Of a stretch of DNA of 64,000 nt, positions 31,708 through 41,882 are shown piece by piece. The DNA comes from Longimicrobiales bacterium (GTDB lineage Bacteria; Gemmatimonadota; Gemmatimonadetes; Longimicrobiales; Gaopeijiaceae): assembly GCA_965249725.1 (NCBI GenBank), contig CBDFMQ010000002.1, positions 1,216,001-1,280,000 on the forward strand, read 5' to 3'. The notes under the pieces are model-generated. The model had not been told where the DNA came from. It saw only the letters and a list, made by a program, of their open reading frames with translations, and did no database searches. The first letter of the stretch is position 1. Each line of letters starts with the position of its first letter. A program made the translations under genes and the position numbers.

Positions 31708-32478
31708 CTAGACGATACTGACCCCCCCGCCCCGGATCGTATGCCGGGTGCCTCCGGTCTCTATCAGCAGCGCTCCATCCGAGGCCAGGCCGACGGCTCG
31801 TCCCTCCCGCCCCGTATCGGTACGGACGGTCTGCCCCGCTAGAGCATCCCGTGAACGGAGTTCATCACGCAACCCCTGATCCAGTTCCCCCGGAAGGGGA
31901 TCGAGCAGATCGATGGCCTCCCCGAGCACGGTCCCCGCCAACTCTACACGCGATATCTCCTGGCACCCACCGGCCGTCAGAGACGTCGCAGTGTCCCTCA
32001 AGCCCGGCGGAAAGTCAGCCGGGCGCTGACTGATGTTGAGTCCCACCCCGACCACCACCGCGTTCCCGCCCACTCCCTCGCAGAGGATCCCCCCCACCTT
32101 GAGACCGTCCACCAACACGTCATTCGGCCATTTGATTCTCGGCCTCAGCCCACGGCAGGACAACTCGATCGCCCGGGCGGTCGCGAGCCCGACCAGAATG
32201 GGGGTCAGAGAGGGAGCACCCTCCTCTTTTGGCCGCAGCAGGAAAGACATCCAGAGGCCCAGACCCGCAGGGGACTCCCAGTACTTGCCCCCTCGCCCCC
32301 GGCCGGCCATCTGCGTCTCGGCGATGACGGTTGTGAATGCCGCCGCCCCCTCCGCGGCAAGTTCCCTCACCCGATCATTGGTGGACGGAAGCGCATCGTG
32401 GGCCTCGAGATGCGGCAGGCCCCAAAGGCGCTGCCACGCCGCCAGAGGCTCACCCTCCCACGTGTCGAGGCGGCTCAT
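31708..32478 (-). CDS. birA: Biotin-[acetyl-CoA carboxylase] ligase
   Basis: STND, QMAGRGRGG, KWPND, KVGGIL; no N-terminal HTH. Confidence 0.94.
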   Translation of the reverse strand: MSRLDTWEGEPLAAWQRLWGLPHLEAHDALPSTNDRVRELAAEGAAAFTTVIAETQMAGRGRGGKYWESPAGLGLWMSFLLRPKEEGAPSLTPILVGLATARAIELSCRGLRPRIKWPNDVLVDGLKVGGILCEGVGGNAVVVGVGLNISQRPADFPPGLRDTATSLTAGGCQEISRVELAGTVLGEAIDLLDPLPGELDQGLRDELRSRDALAGQTVRTDTGREGRAVGLASDGALLIETGGTRHTIRGGGVSIV

Positions 32479-32482
32479 CACC

Positions 32483-33271
32483 TCATCCTGCCCAGACGAG
32501 GTAACCCAGGAACGCCGCGCCCACCACCCAACAGTAGACACCGAATCGATAAAAGGTCTGTCGCGCCAGAAACGCGACGAAGACCCGGATCGCCACGACA
32601 CCGGTTGTAGCAGCCGCCACCGATCCGGCGATCAGTACTCCCGTTGTCAGCCCCACTTCGGTGTTGGTCGTCCCCAGGAGCTGCAGAACCGCCGCTCCTG
32701 TGATGGCCGGAATCGCCATCAAGAACGAAAATGCCGCCGCCTCTTCGGCGTCGACCCCCATCCACAGCGCTGCCACGACGGTGGCTCCTGATCTTGAGAT
32801 GCCCGGTACCACAGCGAAGGCCTGGGCCAATCCTATGACCACGGCGGCCATCAAGCCCAGTCCGGGCCAACTGTCCCGCCGCAAGGCTGCGCGGGTCGTC
32901 CAGAGCAGGGACCCGGTGACCAGGAAGGCCAGGGCCGGTACGAGCGGGCTCTCAAAGAGAGCCTCCACCGAGGTCTTGAAGAACGCTCCCACAACCACGA
33001 TGGGAAGATTGGCGAGCACTAGGAGGCCGATGTAGCGTAGGGCGTGAGCCTCGCCGCCGAGCGCACCGGCAACGAGCTTCCGGATACGTTCGCGGTAGAC
33101 CAGCACGATGGAAACGAGGGTCGCCAGGTGCACGGCCACTTCGAACTGTACCCCTGGAATGTTCAGACCCAGGAGGATCTGTCCGAGCACGAGGTGGCCG
33201 GAACTGGAGACCGGCAGGAACTCGGTAGTTCCCTGAAGGAACCCCAAGAAGATCGCTTCCCAGAAATTCAC
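32483..33271 (-). CDS. uppP: Undecaprenyl-diphosphate phosphatase
   Basis: QGTTEFLPVSSSGH and PGISRSG. The GTG start overlaps the bshA stop. Confidence 0.96.
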   Translation of the reverse strand: MNFWEAIFLGFLQGTTEFLPVSSSGHLVLGQILLGLNIPGVQFEVAVHLATLVSIVLVYRERIRKLVAGALGGEAHALRYIGLLVLANLPIVVVGAFFKTSVEALFESPLVPALAFLVTGSLLWTTRAALRRDSWPGLGLMAAVVIGLAQAFAVVPGISRSGATVVAALWMGVDAEEAAAFSFLMAIPAITGAAVLQLLGTTNTEVGLTTGVLIAGSVAAATTGVVAIRVFVAFLARQTFYRFGVYCWVVGAAFLGYLVWAG

Positions 33272-34419
33272 TCGAGACGCCCGTGCGTCCGGTTGTGTGA
33301 CTCCACCGCCCGTTCGTAGCACGCCTCGTACGCCGGCACGATCCGTTCGACCGAGAAGCGCTCGACGGCAATGGAGCGACCCGCCTCACCGAGGCTCCGC
33401 TGCAGACTCGGATCGCCCAGGATCTGGAGGGCCCCCTTCGACATGCCTTCCACATCGCCGACCGGGTAGACGTATCCCGCCTCTCCGTGGGGCAGCAGCT
33501 CTGGCACACCCCCGATCGAAGACGCGATGACCGGCACCCCCGACGCCATGGCCTCCAGAGCCGCCAGCCCGAAGGACTCGGAGCCGCTGGGGAGCAAGAA
33601 CAGATCCGCGCAGGGGAGCAGCTCTTCAACGGAATCATGCTTCCCCAGGAAGACGACACGGTGGCCGATATCCAAGGCCCTGGCCCTCTCCTGTGCACGC
33701 GGTCGGTCGGGTCCGTCGCCGACCATGATCAGCCGGGACGGAATCTCCGCGGCGATTCGGGCAAATATCTCGACCACGTCCACCACCCGTTTTACCGGCC
33801 GGAAGTTTGACACGTGCATCACGATCTTCTCGCCCTCTTCGGCCAACGTCGAGCGGTAGCACGGCTCCTTGGCCGGATCGTATACCTCGGTGTCGATAAA
33901 GTTGGGGATCACGTCGATCCGCTCGGCGGGAACCTCGAAGTCCCGGGCCGTTTCGTCGCGAAGATACTCGGAGACAGCCGTGATGCCTGTGGAGCGGAGG
34001 ATGGAGAAGCGGGTGATGCGCTGGAACGACGGATGCAGGCCCACCAATGTGATATCCGTGCCGTGGAGCGTCGTCACGACCGGCACACCTCCCTCCCCCA
34101 GCATCTCCTGTGCGATCCACGCCGACGTCGCGTGGGGAATGGCGTAGTGGACGTGCAGCAGGTCGAGGTCGTGAGTTCGCGCGGCATCGTGAAGCGCCAC
34201 CGCTAGCGCCAACGTGTAGGGAGGGTGCTCGAACAGCGGATAGTGTTCCATCTCTACTTCGTGAAAGAAGATCCGCTCATGAAAGTGTCCGAGCCGAAAC
34301 GGCTGTGCGTAGGACACGAAGTGCACTTCATGTCCCCGCTTCGCGAGTTGGATGCCGAGAGACGTCGCGACGGCCCCCGAGCCCCCATAGGTCGGGTAGC
34401 ACGTGATTCCGATCTTCAT
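33268..34419 (-). CDS. bshA: N-acetyl-alpha-D-glucosaminyl L-malate synthase (bacillithiol biosynthesis)
   Basis: MKIGITCYPTYGGSG, HVHYAIPHA, TLHGTDITLVG, SNFRPVKR, ESFGLAALEAM. Confidence 0.93.
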   Translation of the reverse strand: MKIGITCYPTYGGSGAVATSLGIQLAKRGHEVHFVSYAQPFRLGHFHERIFFHEVEMEHYPLFEHPPYTLALAVALHDAARTHDLDLLHVHYAIPHATSAWIAQEMLGEGGVPVVTTLHGTDITLVGLHPSFQRITRFSILRSTGITAVSEYLRDETARDFEVPAERIDVIPNFIDTEVYDPAKEPCYRSTLAEEGEKIVMHVSNFRPVKRVVDVVEIFARIAAEIPSRLIMVGDGPDRPRAQERARALDIGHRVVFLGKHDSVEELLPCADLFLLPSGSESFGLAALEAMASGVPVIASSIGGVPELLPHGEAGYVYPVGDVEGMSKGALQILGDPSLQRSLGEAGRSIAVERFSVERIVPAYEACYERAVESHNRTHGRLE

Positions 34420-34432
34420 GCTGGTTGCCCCC

Positions 34433-35371
34433 TCATCCGTCCGCCACCAAAGCGAGTCGCCACGCCTCGACTACCCGGGCAGCCTGATCTTGCACAGGCT
34501 GAAGAGCATCCACGCGGACCACGTCGTCCGGTACTTGGTTCCTGAACCAGGTGAGCTGCCTGCGAGCATATTTCCTCGTTACGGATCGCATTCGATCCAG
34601 AGCCTCATCCAGACTCGTTTCCCCGGCGAGATAAGCGGCGACCTCGCGGTAACCGGTACCCGTCATGCCCGGGTCGTCGGGTCCATACCCCTCCGCCAGT
34701 AGCTGCTCGACCTCAGCGACCAACCCTTCTTTCGCCATCCGGGTTACCCTGGCGTCGATACGGCGGTCCAGTTCCTCCCGAGGCATTTCCAGGATCACGA
34801 TGACCCCGGCGAGCGGGGCCTCGTCCTGTGGCCCTTGTGCGTGCCACCAACTCAGCGGCCGCCCGGTAAGGAGCGCCACCTCGAGGGCTCGTCCGAGGCG
34901 ATGGGGACCGCCCTCCGAGGCTACGGCCGCACGCCCGGGGTCGAGGCGCTGCACCCAGCGCTCGAGTTGCTGCCGCGGAAAGAGCGTCAGATGCCGCCGT
35001 AACGCCTCGAGGCGGGCGGTGTCCATCTGCGGCTCGCGGAACATCGGATCCGTGAGGGCCTTGAGAAAGAACCCCGTGCCCCCGACGACGAGCGGCACCC
35101 GCCCACGCGCATGGATCTCGGCGATCCAGCCCCGTGCATCCCGGCCGAACTGCCCCGCGCTGTACGTCTCGACCGGATCGCGCGTGTCGAGACCGTGATG
35201 CGGAACGCTCTCCCGGAACTCTTTGCTCGCCTTGTCGGTCCCGATGTCCATGCCCCGATAGACCTGGCGCGAGTCCATACACACCATCTCGGCGTCGAGC
35301 GTATCGGCAACGCGCATGGAGAGGGCGGTCTTGCCGGATGTGGTAGGGCCCGTGATCGCCAGGAAGTCCAT
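34433..35371 (-). CDS. miaA: tRNA dimethylallyltransferase
   Basis: GPTTSGKT, DSRQVYRGMDIGT, GGTG, YARRQLTWF. Confidence 0.96.
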   Translation of the reverse strand: MDFLAITGPTTSGKTALSMRVADTLDAEMVCMDSRQVYRGMDIGTDKASKEFRESVPHHGLDTRDPVETYSAGQFGRDARGWIAEIHARGRVPLVVGGTGFFLKALTDPMFREPQMDTARLEALRRHLTLFPRQQLERWVQRLDPGRAAVASEGGPHRLGRALEVALLTGRPLSWWHAQGPQDEAPLAGVIVILEMPREELDRRIDARVTRMAKEGLVAEVEQLLAEGYGPDDPGMTGTGYREVAAYLAGETSLDEALDRMRSVTRKYARRQLTWFRNQVPDDVVRVDALQPVQDQAARVVEAWRLALVADG

Positions 35372-35396
35372 GAGTGGCTTGTCGACGGAGTGCGGG

Positions 35397-37157
35397 CTAG
35401 CGCCCGAACTTCCGCTCCAACTCGTCCTTCCCGAGTCGCACGATCGTGGGGCGACCGTGCACGTCGTGATAGGGCAGCTCGGTGGCGAAGAGCTGATCGA
35501 ACAGTTCCTGCATCTCGGGCTCGTTCAGCTTCTGGCCTGCCTTGATGGCCCCTTTACAGGCGAACATCATCGCGATCTTCTCGTGTTGGTTCTTGGCCGC
35601 GCGGGTGAGATCGGAGCCCTGGACCAACTCCTCCATCATCTCCCGGAAGCACCGCTGGGGATCGAAGTAGGGATGCGGATCCGGGACGGCGTGAACGATG
35701 ATCGTGTTGCCTCCAAAGCCCTCGACCTCGAACCCGACTCGATTGAGCATTCCGGTCAGGGTCTCGGCCTCCTGGAATTCCGCCTTCGAGAGCCCCACGG
35801 TGAGCGGAAACAGCAGTCGCTGTCCCGTCTGACCCCCCTCTTCGAAGGCGTCCATGAGACGTTCGAAGAGGATCCGCTCGTGAGCGGAGTGTTGATCGAT
35901 GATGATCAGGCCTTCGCGGGTCTCCGCCAGCACGTACATGTTCAGGACCTGCCAGAGGCGTGGGCGCTCCTCGACGAACGGAGCCGGGCTGATCTGGGCG
36001 GCCCCGGCCTGGCCTCCTGCTCCGTCATCCATCGCGTCGGCGGACAGGAACAGAGCCGTCTGACTCTCTCCCTCCTTCGGCTCACTCGAACCGCCAGAGG
36101 ACCGCCCCGGCTCGCGGACCGCCAAACGCGGTGCTGCGAGCTGCGTATCCAGGGTCGCCGCACTCGGTTCAGCGGTCAGACACTCCCGCACCGCCTCTTC
36201 CACGAAGGACTCCACTGACGCGGTCGATCTGAACCGCACCTCGGCCTTGGCCGGATGGACGTTCATGTCCACGGTGCCGGGTGGCATCTGCAGGTAGAGA
36301 AAGACCCACGGACGCACCTTGTCCGAAATCGTAGTACGGTAGCCTCGGTCCACTGCGGCCATCAGGGCGCGGCTGCGAAACGGACGTCCGTTCACGAACA
36401 GGTTCGCCCGGCGTAGGCCGCTCTGGGCCGCATCGGGTCGTTGGACGAGCCCACGCACGGACATGCCGTCTCCCTCCGCGGTCAGCACGATGAGCGTACT
36501 CGCCACCTCCCTGCCCCAGATGGCGCTCACCCGCGCCGCGAGGTCCTTGGCCGGCGGCAGGTCGAGAAGAGTTCGTCCGTCCGACTTGAGCGTAAAGCCG
36601 ACCGAGGCATTGGCCAGCGCGAGAACCGTGACCGTCTCGCTCACCGCCCGCGTCTCCGCGGCCACCGCCTTCAAGAACTTCGATCGAGCCGGAGCGTTGA
36701 AGAACAGGTTGCCCACCTCTACCGTGGTGCCGCGGCGCCGGGCCGCGTCGTCGACACCGCTCATGGTCCCGCCCTTGACCCTGACCCGGGTCCCCACCTC
36801 GTCGTCGCCACCCTTGGTATCGAGTGTCATGCGAGAGACGGCGGCGATGGCGGGCAGCGCCTCGCCGCGAAAGCCGAACGTCACGACCGACTGGAGATCG
36901 ACCGCCGCGCGGATCTTGCTGGTGGCGTGCCGATCCAAGGAAAGCAGCGCATCTTCGCGCGTCATGCCCACGCCGTCGTCCGTCACCCTGATTCGGCGCT
37001 TCCCGCCCCGCTCGAGATCGATATCGATCCGGGTGGCCCGCGCGTCCAACGCGTTCTCGACGAGTTCCTTCACTACGGACGCAGGCCGCTCCACCACTTC
37101 GCCGGCGGCGATTTGGTTGGCGACTACGTCTGGAAGAACCTCGATGGTGCGTGGCAT
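35397..37157 (-). CDS. mutL: DNA mismatch repair protein MutL
   Basis: IAAGEVVERPAS, GFRGEAL, NVHPAK, DQHSAHER, CKGAIK, HGRP. Confidence 0.97.
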   Translation of the reverse strand: MPRTIEVLPDVVANQIAAGEVVERPASVVKELVENALDARATRIDIDLERGGKRRIRVTDDGVGMTREDALLSLDRHATSKIRAAVDLQSVVTFGFRGEALPAIAAVSRMTLDTKGGDDEVGTRVRVKGGTMSGVDDAARRRGTTVEVGNLFFNAPARSKFLKAVAAETRAVSETVTVLALANASVGFTLKSDGRTLLDLPPAKDLAARVSAIWGREVASTLIVLTAEGDGMSVRGLVQRPDAAQSGLRRANLFVNGRPFRSRALMAAVDRGYRTTISDKVRPWVFLYLQMPPGTVDMNVHPAKAEVRFRSTASVESFVEEAVRECLTAEPSAATLDTQLAAPRLAVREPGRSSGGSSEPKEGESQTALFLSADAMDDGAGGQAGAAQISPAPFVEERPRLWQVLNMYVLAETREGLIIIDQHSAHERILFERLMDAFEEGGQTGQRLLFPLTVGLSKAEFQEAETLTGMLNRVGFEVEGFGGNTIIVHAVPDPHPYFDPQRCFREMMEELVQGSDLTRAAKNQHEKIAMMFACKGAIKAGQKLNEPEMQELFDQLFATELPYHDVHGRPTIVRLGKDELERKFGR

Positions 37158-37167
37158 TGCGCCCTTC

Positions 37168-37932
37168 TCAGGCTTCGAGTGCGTAGAACCGATTCGCGTT
37201 GGCGGTCGTGGCCGCGACGACGGCCTCGACACTCTCTTCGCGAATGTCGGCCAGCGCCTCGATCACCCGAACGACGAACGCCGGCTCATTGCGTTTGCCG
37301 CGATGGGGCACGGGGGCCAGGTAAGGCGAATCCGTCTCGGCCAGTATGCGATCCCCGGGCACGGTCCTTACGGCCTCGTGGCCGTCAAATTTGGCAAACG
37401 AGACGATGCCTGAAAAGGACACGTAGCACCCGACGTCCAAACCGGCCTCGAGGAGCTCCATGCTGCCCGTGAAGCAGTGGAGTACCATGCGCACCGAGGG
37501 CGGAGCATTGCGGATCAAAGCGATGGTGTCGTCCTCGGCCTCACGACTGTGGATCACCACCGGAAGATCCAGCTCGTGCGCGAGTTCGATTTGGGCCTCG
37601 AACCACTTGCGCTGCAGATCCCGAGGAGAATGATCGTAGAAGAAGTCCAATCCGGTCTCGCCGATGGCCACGACCTCGGACCGACCGGCAGCGAGCTCCC
37701 GTACGCCCTGCAGATCGTCTTCACTCGCCTCGGCTACCTCGTGGGGATGAACGCCTGACGTGGACCACATTCCGTCATGGGCGGCGGCCAGCTCGACCGC
37801 GACACGGGCATCTTCCAGATTGGAAGCGATGGTGACGAGGCGGGTCACCCCGGCCCGGCGGGCTCCATCGACGACGGCCGCCCGATCTTCATCGAAGCGG
37901 CCGTCCGTCAAATGGCAGTGACTGTCAAACAC
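37168..37932 (-). CDS. tatD: TatD-family DNase
   Basis: DSHCH, GVHPH, IGETGLD, HSR, HCF, ETDSPYL. Confidence 0.93.
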   Translation of the reverse strand: MFDSHCHLTDGRFDEDRAAVVDGARRAGVTRLVTIASNLEDARVAVELAAAHDGMWSTSGVHPHEVAEASEDDLQGVRELAAGRSEVVAIGETGLDFFYDHSPRDLQRKWFEAQIELAHELDLPVVIHSREAEDDTIALIRNAPPSVRMVLHCFTGSMELLEAGLDVGCYVSFSGIVSFAKFDGHEAVRTVPGDRILAETDSPYLAPVPHRGKRNEPAFVVRVIEALADIREESVEAVVAATTANANRFYALEA

Positions 37933-37954
37933 GGGCTAGTCCCGGGGAAGGACA

Positions 37955-38911
37955 CTAAGCGGGGGCCGCAGCCCTCTTTTCCTTCCGATCACGACGGGCC
38001 GATCCGTCGCCGAACCGCTTCTGGATCTCCAAGAGAGCGGGTGACGCCACGAAGATCGACGAGTAGGTCCCGATCATGACACCCAGGATGAGCACCAGCG
38101 TGAAGTCACGGATCACCGCACCACCCACGAAGAGCAGTGCCATCAGCACGGCGATCGTGGTACCGGATGTGAGAACGGTACGCGGAAGCGTTTCGTTGAT
38201 GGAGCGATCGACCAGGGCCACTGGATCTTCCCGCCGTCCACCCTTGGCGTTCAGGTTCTCCCGGATCCTGTCGAACACGACGATGGTGTCGTTCAGCGAG
38301 TACCCGACGATGGTGAGAATCGCCGCGACGGTAGGCAGAGCGATCTCGATCCTGAATATCGCCAAGAAGCCCAGCGTGATCATGATATCGTGGGCCGTCG
38401 CGATGACGGCCGCCAATCCGAAGCGAAGCTCGAATCGAAACGCCAGGTAGACCAAGGTCAGCAGGAACGAGAACAGGATTGCGAGGGTCGCCTTCTGCTG
38501 GAGCTCTCCACCGATCTTGGGACCCACCGTCTCGGTGCGGACCACGTCGAATGCCGTTCCACCGAAGGCAGCCACGAGCTGAGCTTCGATCTGACCACGC
38601 ACGACATCCACTTCCTCGTCTCCCAACGAGGCACGCACCACGAACTCGTTCTCTTCCCCGAATCTCGTGATGGGCGGCGCCTGCGAGCCACCGAGGGCCG
38701 CCCGCAGCTGTGCTGCCGTAGCGGGCTGGTTGAAGCGGACCTGGATGAGAGAGCCGCCCGTGAAGTCCACGCCGTAATTCTGCCAGCTACCGACGGAGAC
38801 GATGTTGAAGATCATCCCTGCGATTCCCAGGAGAATCACCGCCGCAGAGACCACGTAGGCCCTATGGCGCCACTCGATGAAGGGATAGTTCGCTTGGTTG
38901 AAGAATCGCAT
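37955..38911 (-). CDS. secF: Protein translocase subunit SecF
   Basis: GVDFTGG, GYSLNDTIVVFDRIRE, GTYSSIF. Confidence 0.97.
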   Translation of the reverse strand: MRFFNQANYPFIEWRHRAYVVSAAVILLGIAGMIFNIVSVGSWQNYGVDFTGGSLIQVRFNQPATAAQLRAALGGSQAPPITRFGEENEFVVRASLGDEEVDVVRGQIEAQLVAAFGGTAFDVVRTETVGPKIGGELQQKATLAILFSFLLTLVYLAFRFELRFGLAAVIATAHDIMITLGFLAIFRIEIALPTVAAILTIVGYSLNDTIVVFDRIRENLNAKGGRREDPVALVDRSINETLPRTVLTSGTTIAVLMALLFVGGAVIRDFTLVLILGVMIGTYSSIFVASPALLEIQKRFGDGSARRDRKEKRAAAPA

Positions 38912-38921
38912 GAATTGAGTC

Positions 38922-40541
38922 TCAGATGCTGATCGGGTCGGAAGCTTTCTTCCCCGACAGGTACATGAGGAAGAAAGTCCGGGTTACAAAAAGGGCCGAG
39001 AAGAACGACGCCACGATTCCAATCGACAGCGTCACGGCGAAGCCTCGGACCGGCCCAGTTCCGAACTGGAAGAGTATGAGCGCCGTGATGAGCGTCGTGA
39101 TGTTCGCGTCGACGATGGCCGACAGCGCGTGGGCAAATCCCTCATCGACCGCCGTGCGAGTCGCACGTCCCAGGATCAGCTCTTCACGAATTCGCTCAAA
39201 GATCAGAACGTTCGCGTCCACAGCCATCCCCACGGAGAGGATCAGGCCGGCCATTCCCGGCAGAGTCAGCGTCGCACCGATCGCGGCGAGGCCACCCAGC
39301 ACGAGCATGGTGTAGACGGCCAGGGCCATCACCGCCAGCATCCCGGCCGTCTTGTAGTAGAGGATCATTACGATCACGACCCCGACCATGCCGATCATAC
39401 CGGCGATCTTGCCTCGATCGATCGAATCCTGTCCGAGGGAAGGACCTACGGTCCGCTCCTCCATGATCCTCAGCTTGGCCGGAAGCGCACCTGCGCGGAG
39501 CACCAGCGCGAGGTCCGCGGCTTCGGCGATGTCGGCGTTACCCATCTCGATGACGCCGGTCGCTCCGATGCGATCCCTGACCACCGGTGCACTCACGATC
39601 TCGTTGTCGAGCACGATCCCGATGTTGTCGCCCACGTGCTGAGTCGTGAACTGGGAGAAGCGCCTCCCGCCCGCCCGGTTGAGCTGGAAGCTCACCTGTG
39701 CCTGGTTGAACTGCGGATCCCGCTGGGCCACCGCGGCTTCGAGCTGCTCACCGGTCATGAAGGCGTCTTCTTCGGTCACGTAGAGACGCCTGTAGGTGCG
39801 CGCTCCGACTCCGATGGGCTCCGTCTCCCAGTGGAGTGAGATGTCACGGGGCATCGCGATCCGTACCTCCGGCAACGCCAGGAAGGTCATGGCCGTCTCG
39901 ACATCCTCGACTGCGACCAAATAGGTACCCACCACATCGCCCGAGGCCAGGAGAGCCGTGAACGGCCTCAGATTGACCTCCTGCTCCTCCTCTACGGCAG
40001 CGTCTTCTTCAGTGGCGGTGCTATCGGCCTGCGCCGAATCGGCGTCCGGACTCGCGAAGATCAAGTCCTGTAGATCTTGCGAGGGGCCTTCGGTATCACG
40101 CCCCATCTCTCGGAGCGCATCCACCCCGAGAGCCCCGACGATCTGTCGGTCGATCCGCGCGAGGGCCGGTTCGAGCTCAGTCACCGGCACGACGAGCTTG
40201 AACTCGAGGAACGCCGACTGCTGGATCACGTTCTTGGCGCGATCCTCGTCTTCGTTGCCCGGCAATTCGACGACGATCCGCTCGGATCCGATCTTCTGAA
40301 TCAGCGGCTCCGCCACCCCGAATTCATCGATGCGGGTGCGGAGAATTCGTTCCGCCCGGTCGATCGCGTCGGAGCGGGCATCGGCCGTCATCGTGCCCTC
40401 TGGATCGTCCACCTCGAGTACCAGGTGCATACCGCCCTGGAGGTCGAGACCGAGCTTGATCTCGTTCGTGATGAGGTAGCCGACGCTCATGCCGACCAGC
40501 GCCAAAATGACGATGAGACGGCCTCGTACGGATTTGATCAT
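38922..40541 (-). CDS. secD: Protein translocase subunit SecD
   Basis: LGLDLQGG, GPSLG, GMAVDANVLIFERIREE. Confidence 0.97.
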   Translation of the reverse strand: MIKSVRGRLIVILALVGMSVGYLITNEIKLGLDLQGGMHLVLEVDDPEGTMTADARSDAIDRAERILRTRIDEFGVAEPLIQKIGSERIVVELPGNEDEDRAKNVIQQSAFLEFKLVVPVTELEPALARIDRQIVGALGVDALREMGRDTEGPSQDLQDLIFASPDADSAQADSTATEEDAAVEEEQEVNLRPFTALLASGDVVGTYLVAVEDVETAMTFLALPEVRIAMPRDISLHWETEPIGVGARTYRRLYVTEEDAFMTGEQLEAAVAQRDPQFNQAQVSFQLNRAGGRRFSQFTTQHVGDNIGIVLDNEIVSAPVVRDRIGATGVIEMGNADIAEAADLALVLRAGALPAKLRIMEERTVGPSLGQDSIDRGKIAGMIGMVGVVIVMILYYKTAGMLAVMALAVYTMLVLGGLAAIGATLTLPGMAGLILSVGMAVDANVLIFERIREELILGRATRTAVDEGFAHALSAIVDANITTLITALILFQFGTGPVRGFAVTLSIGIVASFFSALFVTRTFFLMYLSGKKASDPISI

Positions 40542-40664
40542 TCGGGCGGTCTGTCCTTAGGATTGTGGCGATTTCAAAGCCCAGTAACCTCGCAGGCTCA
40601 GTGCACGCCTGTCAATCTACCGGGCACACCGCTCGGAGGGTCCCTCGAGGGGGTGAACCCCGGC

Positions 40665-41735
40665 TCAGAAGTACAGGTAGGCCTGAACCTTGAGTGACAG
40701 GTCGGTATCCCCCTGCTGTGGCATATAGACGTCTAAATTTGTGCCGACCTTGTTCCTCCCGGAGACGAACAACGACAGCCCCGGGGTGATCAGCCAGGCA
40801 GCGTCTGCTGCGGTGGCGGTGTCAGGATCCCCCCAGCTGACCCGGGCCAATGGCTCGATCCCTGACCAACGCTCTGAATCGAGAGGGATGTAATACGTGA
40901 CGACGGCCTGGCCGGTCAGGAAGCGAGCCGGGTCCCCGTCGTCGAGAGCCTTCCAGTTTTCGCCCCCGACTACGGCGGCTTGGAGATGCAGCCCCTCGTA
41001 CCATCCCCCCCAGTCGACATCGGCACCGTATGCCTTGGCGAACTGGGCGCTCCCCGCCGCGTCCGGATAGTCGTGAATGCCGGTAAAGGCACCTATTTCC
41101 ACATCGTCGGCGAGCTGCACCGCCCCTCGTACGGAATACGACTTGGCGTCGTTCTCGTCATCGTTTACGGCCACGCCGGTGCCGTTCGTCAACGTGGCTG
41201 AATACGAAAGTCGTCCGGCCGACCCCGCAATCCGAAGTCCCGTGTCCCGACCCGAGAACTGGAGCTTCTCAGTGAGTCGGCTGAAGGTACAAACGCCGCC
41301 CGTACCGGTGCAGGTCCCGGCCCCGCGAACGCGTCCATCACGTTCGATGATGGCAAGTTGGGTGCTACTGCTCAATTCGAACAATTCTGACGCACGCTTG
41401 AGGCGCCCAATGGAGACCTCGAAAGCTGGATCGAAGTTGAGACTGATGTATGCATCCTGAAGCCCTACCTCGTCGTTGCGGGCGAAATCGGCGATCAGGC
41501 GACCTTCGAAGAACTCCGAAACCTCGACGCCGAAGAAGAAACGTGCACGCCGGAGGAAGGTCACAAACGGTGGCGCATCGTCATGGGTAGAACTCGCCGC
41601 CTGGACCTGCAGCCTTCCCCCTACGGTGATCGTGGCCGCCCGAGCCTTGATCTCGGTCTGGCCCAAAGCCGTGAGGGGGGTCGCGAGGGCGCAGGCGAGA
41701 GCGATCACCGCGGCCTGTCTTAGGACTCGATTCAT
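40665..41735 (-). CDS. Porin, OprO/OprP (phosphate-selective)-like family
   Basis: Signal peptide, RRAR, LQDAY, SSTQL.IIER, GRDTG and C-terminal YLYF. Confidence 0.75.
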   Translation of the reverse strand: MNRVLRQAAVIALACALATPLTALGQTEIKARAATITVGGRLQVQAASSTHDDAPPFVTFLRRARFFFGVEVSEFFEGRLIADFARNDEVGLQDAYISLNFDPAFEVSIGRLKRASELFELSSSTQLAIIERDGRVRGAGTCTGTGGVCTFSRLTEKLQFSGRDTGLRIAGSAGRLSYSATLTNGTGVAVNDDENDAKSYSVRGAVQLADDVEIGAFTGIHDYPDAAGSAQFAKAYGADVDWGGWYEGLHLQAAVVGGENWKALDDGDPARFLTGQAVVTYYIPLDSERWSGIEPLARVSWGDPDTATAADAAWLITPGLSLFVSGRNKVGTNLDVYMPQQGDTDLSLKVQAYLYF

Positions 41736-41882
41736 CGTGTCTCATCGGGTTGGATACATCGGTGCTTCAACGGCGATGCTCGGAACATCGGGCATCAGAG
41801 GCGATTCACAACCCTATCTGACATCAAAAGGGGCCGCGTTACCGAGACGTTACAGGGTGTGACCGGGTAGTACCGGGAGGGG

